Source: Christensenella sp. UBA7703 (GTDB lineage Bacteria; Bacillota; Clostridia; Christensenellales; CAG-138). From it: a DNA stretch of 64,000 nucleotides. Position 1 is the stretch's first letter, and each line of letters starts with the position of its first letter. The translations under genes and the position numbers were made by a program. The DNA is taken from assembly GCA_002482505.1 (NCBI GenBank), contig DLGD01000037.1:2888-66887 (forward strand), in the 5' to 3' direction. The notes beneath the pieces are model-generated. The model was not told the origin of the DNA, ran no database searches, and saw only the letters and a program-made list of their open reading frames with translations. Of this stretch, positions 54,903 to 63,681 are shown piece after piece.

Positions 54903-56213
54903 ATGGGACTCTTGGAGCGCCTGGACAAAAAGACACCAACTCCGCAGGCAGGTGCCGCGGCGCAGGCGGAGGCGGACGAAGCCGCAGCCCTGCGTGAGCG
55001 GGTTCACTATCAGGTTGTAGAATCGCTCAACAAACGCGATGAAAAACACAGCGGTGGAACGAACGAGGCGGAAACGCGCGCCATCATCGAGTCCGCGTTG
55101 GAGCAAAATGCGTCCGCCATGGCTCGGCCGGAGCGCAACCGCATCGCAATAGAGATATACGATTCCATTCGCGGCCTCGGCCCGCTGGAAAAACTCCTGG
55201 CCGATGAAACCGTCAGTGAAATCATGGTCAATGGCGCGAAGCAAGTGTTTGTGGAGCGCAACGGCAAGCTGGCGCAGAGCGACGTCACATTTTATGACAA
55301 CGAGCAATTGCTCAATGTCATCGATCGTATCGTCTCCCCGTTGGGCCGTCATATCGACGAAGCAAACCCGATGGTAGACGCGCGCCTGCCCGATGGCTCC
55401 CGTGTCAACGCGGTCATCGCGCCACTTTCGCTGAAAGGCCCGTTGCTGACGATCCGAAAGTTTTCCAAAACGCCGCTGACGGTGGAAAACCTGGTCAACT
55501 TTGGAAGCCTTACGATGAAGATGGCGGCGTTTCTCGAAGCCTGCGTCAAAGGCCGGCTCAATGTCGTCGTCTCCGGCGGTACCGGCAGCGGAAAAACCAC
55601 GCTGCTCAACGTTCTCTCCGCCTATATCCCATATGACGAGCGTATCGTCACCATCGAAGACGCGGCGGAGATTCAGCTGCAACAGCAGCATGTGCTGACG
55701 CTGGAAGCAAGACCCGCAAACCTGGAAGGAACCGGACAGATCACCATTCGCGATTTGGTTCGAAACGCGCTGCGTATGCGACCGGATCGCATCATCGTTG
55801 GCGAGGTGCGCGGCGGCGAAGCGCTGGATATGTTGCAGGCGATGAACACGGGCCACGACGGCTCGCTGACCACCGGCCACGCGAACTCCACGCGCGATAT
55901 GCTCGCAAGGCTTGAAACAATGGTGCTCATGGCGGGTATGAACTTGCCCGTTTCCGCAATTCGCCAGCAGATTGCCTCTGCAATCGACATCATCGTGCAG
56001 CAATCGCGTATGCGAGACGGCAGCCGTAAGATCATCGGCATCAGCGAGGTGATCGGAATGGAAGGCGACGTGATTGTGACGCAGGAGATCTTCACCTACG
56101 ATTATGGCGATGGGCGCACACCGGGTCGCTTCCGCGCAACAGGAATCAAGCCGCGCTGTGCCGATAAGCTTTTGGCGGCTGGTGCGGGGCTCAAGGACGA
56201 GTGGTTCCATTGA
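54903..56213 (+). CDS. tadA: TadA/CpaF secretion ATPase (VirB11/GspE superfamily)
   Basis: Walker A VSGGTGSGKTTLLN, an Asp box/Walker B IVTIEDAAEI…RMRPDRIIVGEVRG and a His box GHDGSLTTGHAN are present. Confidence 0.95.
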   Translation: MGLLERLDKKTPTPQAGAAAQAEADEAAALRERVHYQVVESLNKRDEKHSGGTNEAETRAIIESALEQNASAMARPERNRIAIEIYDSIRGLGPLEKLLADETVSEIMVNGAKQVFVERNGKLAQSDVTFYDNEQLLNVIDRIVSPLGRHIDEANPMVDARLPDGSRVNAVIAPLSLKGPLLTIRKFSKTPLTVENLVNFGSLTMKMAAFLEACVKGRLNVVVSGGTGSGKTTLLNVLSAYIPYDERIVTIEDAAEIQLQQQHVLTLEARPANLEGTGQITIRDLVRNALRMRPDRIIVGEVRGGEALDMLQAMNTGHDGSLTTGHANSTRDMLARLETMVLMAGMNLPVSAIRQQIASAIDIIVQQSRMRDGSRKIIGISEVIGMEGDVIVTQEIFTYDYGDGRTPGRFRATGIKPRCADKLLAAGAGLKDEWFH

Positions 56214-56283
56214 TATTGACGCTCGTATAACGAACGATAGATACTCTGCGATCTTCCGGATCAAGAAGCTGTTTAGAGAGGGG

Positions 56284-57222
56284 ATGAAACACATGATTCG
56301 TGCTTTGGTCGTTCTGGCGTTTGTCATCGCGTGTTATTTCATCTTCTATCTGATTGCGGCTGCGCGCACGAAAGACAAGCGCAAGATGGATGACCGCGTG
56401 CGCGAGCTTTTTGAGCTCAACGCAAACGAGAGCGCGGACAGGCGCATCAGTAAAAATACAAAGCGCAAAAATCCGCTCCGTCTGGAGCAGATTGCAGACG
56501 AGCTGTATGTTGCCGGCGTCGCGCTGCGCGCGGAAGAGTTTATCACGATCTGGATTCTCATGGGCGCGGTGATTCCCGCAATTGCGCTGTTTCTTGGCGC
56601 GCCGACGACGGTCTGCATCGGGCTCGTCATCGTTGGCGCCGCAGCGCCGATTTCGTGGGTAACCATCAAGCGAAACAAGCGCCTTGCGATTCTGGGGTCT
56701 CAGCTTTCGGATGCGCTCGCAATTATCTGCAATGCGCTTCGCGTCGGGCAGTCGTTTCAGTCTGCAATGAAAAACGTTGCGGACGAGATGGAGGAGCCGA
56801 TCTCGCGTGAGTTTATGCGCGTTTACCGGGAAACACAGTATGGCATGCCGCTTGAAACCAGCCTTGCCAGGCTTGTGAACAGGACGAAGAACCCCGATCT
56901 GGAGTTGATGTCCTCCGCGGTCATCATTCAGCGGCAGATCGGCGGCAATCTTGCCGTCATCCTGCAAAATATTTCCGACACGATCAACCAGCGCATTCGC
57001 CTGCGCGGAGAAATTCGAACCATGACCTCCGCCGGACGCATGAGCGGCTATATCATCGGCGGTTTGCCGGTCGTGATTATACTGCTGCTGATGTTCATCA
57101 ATCCGGGTTATATCGATATGTTTTTTACGACGTCGTCCGGCAGAATCATGCTGCTTATCAGCGCGGTTTTGGAAGCAATCGGCTTTGCGGTCGTCAACAA
57201 AATTGTCAATATTAAGCTCTAA
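56284..57222 (+). CDS. tadB: TadB-like type II secretion system F-family platform protein
   Basis: A TM helix is followed by a T2SSF domain (LSDALAIICNALRVGQSFQSAM…) and two C-terminal TM helices. The start is ATG 56284 or 56293; the ORF-track start at 56104 overlaps tadA and is rejected. Confidence 0.8.
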   Translation: MKHMIRALVVLAFVIACYFIFYLIAAARTKDKRKMDDRVRELFELNANESADRRISKNTKRKNPLRLEQIADELYVAGVALRAEEFITIWILMGAVIPAIALFLGAPTTVCIGLVIVGAAAPISWVTIKRNKRLAILGSQLSDALAIICNALRVGQSFQSAMKNVADEMEEPISREFMRVYRETQYGMPLETSLARLVNRTKNPDLELMSSAVIIQRQIGGNLAVILQNISDTINQRIRLRGEIRTMTSAGRMSGYIIGGLPVVIILLLMFINPGYIDMFFTTSSGRIMLLISAVLEAIGFAVVNKIVNIKL

Positions 57223-57237
57223 AGGAGGAGATGCCGC

Positions 57238-58161
57238 ATGAGACTTGTGGTTTTGTCGTTTACGATTGCGGTGTTCCTTGGATTTGTGGCGCTGTTACAG
57301 AGCTATGGGCAGAAGAGCGACCAGATGAGGAAGCGCTTCAATCAAGTAGCGGAGGCGGAGCGCTCGTATAGCGATGAAGAACTCAAGAAATCGTTTACCG
57401 AGCGTGTGCTCAAGCCACTGATACGGCGAATCACAGAGGGAATCCGCCGCTCGGCCGGAAACCGCCCCGTAGGGCAAAGCAAAGCGACGATGAAACTTGA
57501 TAAGCAACTCAAAGCATCCGGCCTCGCGTTGTCGCTGCAGGAGTTCACCTTTATCAAGAGCATGCTGATCCTCGTGTTTTTCGTGGTTGGCATCGCGCTG
57601 TTTCTGCTCCTGCCGATCAATTTCCTTCTGCGGCTGGTTGTCCTTATGGTGATGCTGAATATTCCGCTCTATGGAACCAGCTATTTTCTCACCTCGCAAG
57701 TGAAAAACCGCAAAGAGAGCATTTTGCGTGAGCTGCCGGAGACGATGGATGTGTTGATGGTCAGCGTGGAGGCAGGGCTTGGACTGGACGCAGCAATTGT
57801 GCGCCAATATGCGAAGAACAAATCCGTCGTGCTGACGGAGCTGAACAACGCGATTCGCGAAGTGCAGATGGGTGTTCCGCGCAGGACCGCGCTCAAAGAG
57901 ATGGCGGATCGCTGCGATGTCAAGGAACTTACCGCGTTTGTCACCGCGCTGCTGCAGGCGGATCAACTTGGCGTGCCGATCAAAAACGTGTTGGACGTGC
58001 AGGCGGAGCGGCTTCGTGTAGAGCGCAAGCAGATGATTCAGGCAAAGGCCGCAAAAGCACCGATCAAGATCATGCTGCCCACGGTCGCGTTTATTTTCCC
58101 TGTGATTTTCATTATTCTGCTTGGTCCCGCCGTGGTAGAGCTCATCTCTACGCTGAGCTAA
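57238..58161 (+). CDS. tadC: TadC-like type II secretion system F-family platform protein
   Basis: T2SSF domain (LRELPETMDVLMVSVEAGLGLDAAI…) with flanking TM helices. RBS AAAGGAGGAG. Confidence 0.8.
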   Translation: MRLVVLSFTIAVFLGFVALLQSYGQKSDQMRKRFNQVAEAERSYSDEELKKSFTERVLKPLIRRITEGIRRSAGNRPVGQSKATMKLDKQLKASGLALSLQEFTFIKSMLILVFFVVGIALFLLLPINFLLRLVVLMVMLNIPLYGTSYFLTSQVKNRKESILRELPETMDVLMVSVEAGLGLDAAIVRQYAKNKSVVLTELNNAIREVQMGVPRRTALKEMADRCDVKELTAFVTALLQADQLGVPIKNVLDVQAERLRVERKQMIQAKAAKAPIKIMLPTVAFIFPVIFIILLGPAVVELISTLS

Positions 58162-58246
58162 CGCAAGACAAACGAAGAAAAGTTGTGCCGCAGGAAGAAA
58201 TTGACTAACCTTGCGGAAGAAAAAAGCATCCGACAATGAGGCAAGA

Positions 58247-58588
58247 ATGAAGACGGTTCAGATCGCAAAAAATGGCGAAACCATCGCGACAGTTTGGCAT
58301 GCAACAGGATATTTTGCACGATTGCGCGGCCTGCTGGGGCGGAAACTGGAAGCGGACGGTGGCATGTTGCTCACGCCTTGCAGCGAGATTCACACCATCG
58401 GTATGGGCTATGCAATCGACGCACTGTATCTGGATAAAAACGGGCGGGTGCTGCGGATAGACGAAGCGCTTGCGCCCGGCAGAGTATTGCCGCGGCAGCG
58501 CGGCGCAAGGCACGTTCTGGAGTTGCCGGAAGAAAGTGCAAAACGGCGCGGACTGACGGCGGGAGACATACTGGAGGTAATCCGATGA
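58247..58588 (+). CDS. DUF192-like small protein
   Basis: …ARLRGLLGR…GMLLTPCSEIHTIGMGYAIDALYLDKNGRVL…HVLELP matches the DUF192 pattern as I remember it. It lies 86 nt after tadC, and its stop overlaps the next start (ATGA). Confidence 0.7.
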   Translation: MKTVQIAKNGETIATVWHATGYFARLRGLLGRKLEADGGMLLTPCSEIHTIGMGYAIDALYLDKNGRVLRIDEALAPGRVLPRQRGARHVLELPEESAKRRGLTAGDILEVIR

Positions 58589-59547
58589 ACGAACCAACTG
58601 AGCGTAGCGTAGAGGGAATCGATTCCCTGCGCAGCCGCATGGACTCCGATGCGCGGTTTCGCAGAGCGCTATCCGGCTACGACCCGCAGGATGTGCGCGC
58701 TTATGTGGAAAACGTAAAGCGTATCTTTGCGCAGCAGGCAAAGGCAGCCAAACTGGAACAGGAAAACCTGATTGCCCAGCTGGATTGCGCAAAGAGCGAG
58801 ATTCAGGCGCGCAACTACGGCATAAAAAAGTTTAAAGAACTGCTGGTGGAACGCGAAGCGCAGCTGAACAACGCAAACACGCGCATCAACGCGCTGCTGC
58901 AAACCGTGAAATCCCACGGCGCAGAACGCGAGGAGCTTGAGCGCCTGCGGCAGGAGGCGGCAAGCAGCGGAAACGCGGAGCGCATCGCTTCGCTGGAAAA
59001 AGAAACCCAGCAGTTGCGGTCTGCGGTTGCCCAGGCTTCCAACCTCGTCAACACATGGAAAGCGGAGCGCGAACGATTGATGGAGGAAAACGACCGTCTG
59101 CGTGAGGAGATCTATTACCTTCGCGCGGTGACGTCAAGACAGATGGAAGTGGAGCCGGTCCACGCCTATACTCAGCAGGGCGCTTACGAAGGCAATTTTG
59201 ATCAGCCGATGAGGCCGATGAGGCCGGACGTCATCACGGCGGAGAACCGCTTTGTTCAGCAGAGCGCACAGCAGGTGATGCAGCAACCCGCTCAGCAACC
59301 CGTTCAACAGCCTGTTCAGCAGCCCGTGCAACAACCGATGCAGGCGCAGGCTGCCAACCAACAAAGAGAGTTTTCACAGGTTGCCGATAAACTCGCGACA
59401 ATGTTTGCCGAGGCATACCAGTTGATCAGCCAGTTTAAGTCCAACCTGGATGCGCAACCGGAACCCCAGTCGCGGCCGGCCCAGCCCGCGATGCAGATTT
59501 TGCGTCCGGAAGCTGTAAATGCGGATGCGTTCTATCCAAGAAGATAG
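58585..59547 (+). CDS. DivIVA-domain coiled-coil protein with Q/P-rich repeat
   Basis: FRRALSGYDPQDVRAYVENV is a DivIVA-type N-terminal motif. It is followed by a long heptad-like coiled coil and the repeat QQPAQQPVQQPVQQPVQQPMQ. Confidence 0.7.
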   Translation: MNEPTERSVEGIDSLRSRMDSDARFRRALSGYDPQDVRAYVENVKRIFAQQAKAAKLEQENLIAQLDCAKSEIQARNYGIKKFKELLVEREAQLNNANTRINALLQTVKSHGAEREELERLRQEAASSGNAERIASLEKETQQLRSAVAQASNLVNTWKAERERLMEENDRLREEIYYLRAVTSRQMEVEPVHAYTQQGAYEGNFDQPMRPMRPDVITAENRFVQQSAQQVMQQPAQQPVQQPVQQPVQQPMQAQAANQQREFSQVADKLATMFAEAYQLISQFKSNLDAQPEPQSRPAQPAMQILRPEAVNADAFYPRR

Positions 59548-59596
59548 GCGGATTCTGTTGAGTCTTTGAAAGCTACATCATTTTTTAAACAAAAAG

Positions 59597-59643
59597 AAAG
59601 CGCAGAAGCTCTGGCTGACAGCAGCCTCGCGTTTGCGCTTTTT
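59597..59643. terminator. Bidirectional terminator between the Tad operon and the convergent gtrA gene
   Basis: AAAGCGCA…(inner GGCTG-ACAG-CAGCC)…TGCGCTTTTT, with an A-run upstream. Confidence 0.7.
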
Positions 59644-59702
59644 GATCAAATAGCTTACGTTGTTGTGCATGTGCTCGTGCAAAAGGCATGTATAGAACGA
59701 GG

Positions 59703-60140
59703 TTATTCCGGTTTTGCGCGTTGATACAGAAGGATCTTTCTAGCAAAGAAATTCCAAAAGAGCACAACGGCGGAAGCGATCACCTTGGAAATCATATAGT
59801 GCAGCAGCACGATCTCTGTGAAGCAATACAGCAGCACCTCCGTGAGACCGAGCCCGATGAGGCCGATGAGCGCATAACCCGCAAACTCCAGCACGCGGCC
59901 AACCCGCGCATCCTGCGCGCGAAACACGAGCGCACGGGAGAGTAGAAAATTGCAAACAAGCCCCGCGACGAAGCCGAAACATGCCCCGAGGAGATAATGC
60001 ATCCCCAAGTGCACACAGAGCCAGAGCACGCCCGCGTCGACAAGAAACGAACACCCGCCAACGAATACATAGCGAAAGAACTGGATGAGTGGTTGTGTGG
60101 TCGGCTCCATAAACAGCCGCTTGAGCAAGGGTTTCTCCAT
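59703..60140 (-). CDS. GtrA-family membrane protein (polyprenyl-phosphate-sugar handling)
   Basis: 145 aa with 4 TM helices. The motifs QFFRYVFVGGCSFLVDAGVLWL…FLLSRALVF…FWNFFARK are typical of the GtrA family. Confidence 0.8.
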   Translation of the reverse strand: MEKPLLKRLFMEPTTQPLIQFFRYVFVGGCSFLVDAGVLWLCVHLGMHYLLGACFGFVAGLVCNFLLSRALVFRAQDARVGRVLEFAGYALIGLIGLGLTEVLLYCFTEIVLLHYMISKVIASAVVLFWNFFARKILLYQRAKPE

Positions 60141-60160
60141 CGAATCCTCCGTCTGTGTTG

Positions 60161-61705
60161 TTATGATTTTTTCTCGTGATAGCTTTGCTCGGTGTTAACG
60201 CTCCAGATGTTTTCGCGTCCGGGTTGACCTGTGCGGATGCTTTCCACCGCCTCAAACGCCGTTGCCATCGAGTGATCCATGTTGTTGTAGCGGTGTTGCC
60301 CGTTGCGCCCAATGCAATAAAGGTTTTCGATGCTGTCGAGATACGTTTTTAGGGTATCGATCTCGTCATAGGTGTCAAAATAGGCGGGATATGCCTTCTG
60401 TACCCGCTCCCGGCAACTGCTGAGAATAGGAGTATCGGCAGAGATGATCCCGATATGAACCAGCTCCTCCACCGCAAGAGAGATGCAAGCTTCTTCGCTC
60501 ATCGACCAGAAGTCATCGCCTTCGGCGCAAAAATACTCAAGCCCGATCCAGACCGTGTTGAGCGGGTCTTTCACCATATAGGGAGACCAATTGTTGAAAA
60601 TCTGCACGCGGCCGAGCTTCACACCCTGATCCTGCACATAGATCCAGCAATCGGGCACGATGTTTCCGAGGGTTTTCATGCCGGTCGAGTTGGTGATTTT
60701 TAGCCGCTCGACCAGCAGCCCGACGGTGACAAAATCCCGATAAGGAAGGCCGGTTGTGATCCTTCGAATCTCCGCCGGAACTTCCGGCAGCCCTTCCACA
60801 AGGGCGCAAAGCGGCATGGACGAGAGTACAAGGTCGCAGGGGAACGATTCGTCCCCGCAGTTGACCGCTGTGATTCGGTTTTGTTCAACGGAAAAGCCGG
60901 TCACTTTTTTGCTAGACAGCACCTCGCCGCCGCGCGCAAAAACCTCTTGGCAAACCGTTTCCCAAAGCTGGCCGGGGCCAAACTTCGGATAAGCAAACTC
61001 TTCGATGAGGGACGTTTCCACGGTGCGCTTGCTGGCGGGCAGAAGCCGCTGGAGAATGTTTTTGAGGAGCGCGAGGATCGAAAGTCCCTTGACCCGCTGC
61101 GCACCCCAGTCGGCGGAGATGGCGCGCGGATGCCTGCCCCAGACCTTTTCGGTGTAGCTTTCAAAGAACATGCTGTAGAGCACTTTACCGAAACGGTTGA
61201 TGTAAAAGTTTTCCAGCGATGTCTCCGGCAGCTTGCGCACACAGGCGTAAAGATAAGAAAACCCAGCGCGCAGCGTGGTAAAAAAGCCCATGTTGCGGAT
61301 GGTGGACCATTTCAGGCTGATCGGATACTCATAAAAGCTGCCGCCGAAATAAATGCGCGAGACGCGCCGACGGTTGAGCATGACGCGGTCTTCCGTTTCC
61401 GGGTCGGGGCCGCCGGGGGAAAGACGAGCCGGGCGGGAGAGCACACGCTCATCTAGCGCGGGCTGCCCCTGCATCGGCAGCATCTGCTCCCACCAGGCGG
61501 TTACGCGCGCATCTTTGGAGAAAAAGCGGTGCCCGCCGATGTCGATCCGGTTTCCGGCGTGCGCAACGGTCTTGGAAATGCCGCCGATGCGCGTGTCTTC
61601 TTCCAGAATGGTGACGCGGTACGATTCCGGCTCAGAAAGCAGCTCATATGCCGCGGTAAGCCCGGCCGGGCCCGCGCCGATGATGACCACATGCGTTTGC
61701 TTCAT
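60161..61705 (-). CDS. NAD(P)/FAD-dependent oxidoreductase (amine-oxidase / UDP-galactopyranose-mutase-like fold)
   Basis: N-terminal [17 protein letters not shown]…[12 protein letters not shown]…GGHRFF. The start is chosen at MKQTHVV (ATG 61705) so the GxGxxG motif is N-terminal. It lies 20 nt upstream of gtrA, suggesting an operon. Confidence 0.7.
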   Translation of the reverse strand: MKQTHVVIIGAGPAGLTAAYELLSEPESYRVTILEEDTRIGGISKTVAHAGNRIDIGGHRFFSKDARVTAWWEQMLPMQGQPALDERVLSRPARLSPGGPDPETEDRVMLNRRRVSRIYFGGSFYEYPISLKWSTIRNMGFFTTLRAGFSYLYACVRKLPETSLENFYINRFGKVLYSMFFESYTEKVWGRHPRAISADWGAQRVKGLSILALLKNILQRLLPASKRTVETSLIEEFAYPKFGPGQLWETVCQEVFARGGEVLSSKKVTGFSVEQNRITAVNCGDESFPCDLVLSSMPLCALVEGLPEVPAEIRRITTGLPYRDFVTVGLLVERLKITNSTGMKTLGNIVPDCWIYVQDQGVKLGRVQIFNNWSPYMVKDPLNTVWIGLEYFCAEGDDFWSMSEEACISLAVEELVHIGIISADTPILSSCRERVQKAYPAYFDTYDEIDTLKTYLDSIENLYCIGRNGQHRYNNMDHSMATAFEAVESIRTGQPGRENIWSVNTEQSYHEKKS

Positions 61706-61911
61706 ATACGATGACAGGTCTCCTTGTATTCGATGACGCAAGAGCGTGAAATGATGAAAGAACGTGTTCCAATTCGTTCCATTCTACCATTCTTTCCCCG
61801 CAAAAAAAAGGCGTATGGGAATATACATAACGGTTTACACTGGATGGTTTGGGATTCAATTTATAAAATAGGCGCGCATTTTGCGCGGTAGAGCAAAGAG
61901 GACGCAGACAA

Positions 61912-63420
61912 ATGAAGCAAGCGAAGGAAACAAAGCAAATCGAACCGACGCAACAGGAGGCGGGCGCGCTTGTGCTGCCACAACAAAAGAAGAGTGTTAA
62001 TGCGATCTTGATTCTGCTGGTTTTTCTGCCGTGCCTCGTTCTAACGCTTCGTTTGGACAACGACATCTGGTTTTTGCTCAACAGCGGGCGGTATGTGCTC
62101 CAACATGGAATCCCGACCATGGAGCCGTTTACGATGCATCAGGATTTCCATTTTGTCATGCAGCAGTGGCTGTCTGCCACGATTTTTTGGAGTATCTATG
62201 CAAAATTCGGTGCGGCTGGCATCCTGGCGCTCGTGTTCGTGGTCTTCTGCGCAACGGTGTTTGTGCTCTATCGGCTGATTTCGCTGCTCTCCGGCGGCAA
62301 CGAAATTGCAACGTTCATCACGGCGATGATCGCATCCTCGGCGCTGAAACCCGCGATGATCTCTAGGCCGATGATCTTCACGATGCTGATTCTGATCTGC
62401 GAGCTGTATTGCGTGGAGCAGTTCATCCGTACGAAAAAGCCGCTGTGGCTGCTGCCGCTGCCTGCTTTCTCCGCGCTGATGATCAATCTTCATGCGGCGA
62501 TGTGGCCGATACAGTTCGTCATCCTCTTGCCGTATTGCATCGATGCATTCCGGTTCAAGTTCCTCTTTCTTGAAGGAGAAGGCTACCCCAAACGCTTTTT
62601 CTTTCCCGCGCTCGTGCTGATGTTCCTTGCGGGATTTTGTAATCCATACGGTTGGAGCGCGATGAGCTATGTCTTCCGATCCTATGGATTCCAGGAGATC
62701 GGCATCGTTTTAGAGATGCAGCCGGTCGACATCAACAATGCCTCCGGCATACTGGTCTTCGGCTTGTTTTTCCTTCTGCTTGCGTTCTACTTGCTGAAAA
62801 AAGAACGCAGTACGCGGCTGCGGTTTGCGCTGCTCTCGCTGGGCACGGCGGTGCTGACGCTCTCTTCGCTCAGGAGCTATTCGCTATTCGCCGCCTGCGG
62901 AATCTTTCCGCTTGCGTATTTCTTGCGGGATGTAACGCTGCCGCAGAGCAGGATCCAATCGCAAAAGGGGGTGCTTTGCCTTCGCGCCGTGCTGCTTGTG
63001 CTGGTTGCCGTCGTGGTGGGCGTGCTCGTTATCAGCCGGGTGAGCGAGTTTGATGAAGCAAAGGAAACATCAAAGGCAGCAAACGCGGTGAACTACTTGC
63101 TGGAGCAGGAGAACACGGATGACATGATTCTCTATACGGGGTATAACGACGGCGGATATGTGGAATACCGGGGGCTAAAACCCTACATCGACCCCAGGGC
63201 CGAGGTGTTTGTAAAGAAGAACAATCAGGTCAAGGATGTCATGAAGGAGTATTACGAACTCGAATCCGGCAAGCTGTATTACAAAGATTTTCTGAATACA
63301 TACGGCTTTACCCATCTTCTTTTAACCCGCGATGAAATGCTGTATGTGATGCTCCCGCACGATGCAGACTATGAGTTGGTTTACGAGGATGACGCGTTTT
63401 TAGTCTATCGGTTAAAGTGA
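61912..63420 (+). CDS. Polytopic membrane protein, GT-C-fold glycosyltransferase-like (hypothetical)
   Basis: 502 aa with about 11-12 TM helices. A DND motif (LRLDNDIWFLL) follows directly after TM1, as in the first external loop of GT-C enzymes. There is a soluble ~120-aa C-terminal domain, and the gene is divergent from the gtrA unit. The assignment is inferential. Confidence 0.5.
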   Translation: MKQAKETKQIEPTQQEAGALVLPQQKKSVNAILILLVFLPCLVLTLRLDNDIWFLLNSGRYVLQHGIPTMEPFTMHQDFHFVMQQWLSATIFWSIYAKFGAAGILALVFVVFCATVFVLYRLISLLSGGNEIATFITAMIASSALKPAMISRPMIFTMLILICELYCVEQFIRTKKPLWLLPLPAFSALMINLHAAMWPIQFVILLPYCIDAFRFKFLFLEGEGYPKRFFFPALVLMFLAGFCNPYGWSAMSYVFRSYGFQEIGIVLEMQPVDINNASGILVFGLFFLLLAFYLLKKERSTRLRFALLSLGTAVLTLSSLRSYSLFAACGIFPLAYFLRDVTLPQSRIQSQKGVLCLRAVLLVLVAVVVGVLVISRVSEFDEAKETSKAANAVNYLLEQENTDDMILYTGYNDGGYVEYRGLKPYIDPRAEVFVKKNNQVKDVMKEYYELESGKLYYKDFLNTYGFTHLLLTRDEMLYVMLPHDADYELVYEDDAFLVYRLK

Positions 63421-63526
63421 CAAAATGCGGCGGGCTTAATCGTTTACCCGGTTTGCCAATCGAGCGCAACTCATTGAAAAAACCGCAGAGATCCGCGGAA
63501 TATTGGACTTTTTGCAGCGGAATGTG

Positions 63527-63554
63527 TTGACTTTTCGAAATGATTGAATATACT
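63527..63554 (+). promoter_or_regulatory. Sigma-A-type promoter upstream of the TadG-like gene
   Basis: TTGACT (63527-63532), a 16-nt spacer and TATACT (63549-63554). It is followed by a ~125-nt leader. Confidence 0.55.
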
Positions 63555-63681
63555 GACATTAACTTGGGTTATGATAGGCTATCCGCGTAACGAGCGGAGC
63601 ACGATAAACAAACGTCGACCAATCTGCGCAGGCGCGCGTCCGGGTTGCCGGAGGGCAGCCCAACAATTTGGAGGGAATTTT

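Noticed and set aside
56104-56283. Upstream extension of tadB overlapping the 3' end of tadA by 110 nt.
   Set aside because: The extension has no membrane or T2SSF features. The hydrophobic N-terminus begins at MKHMIRALVV… directly after an RBS-like GAGAGGGG.
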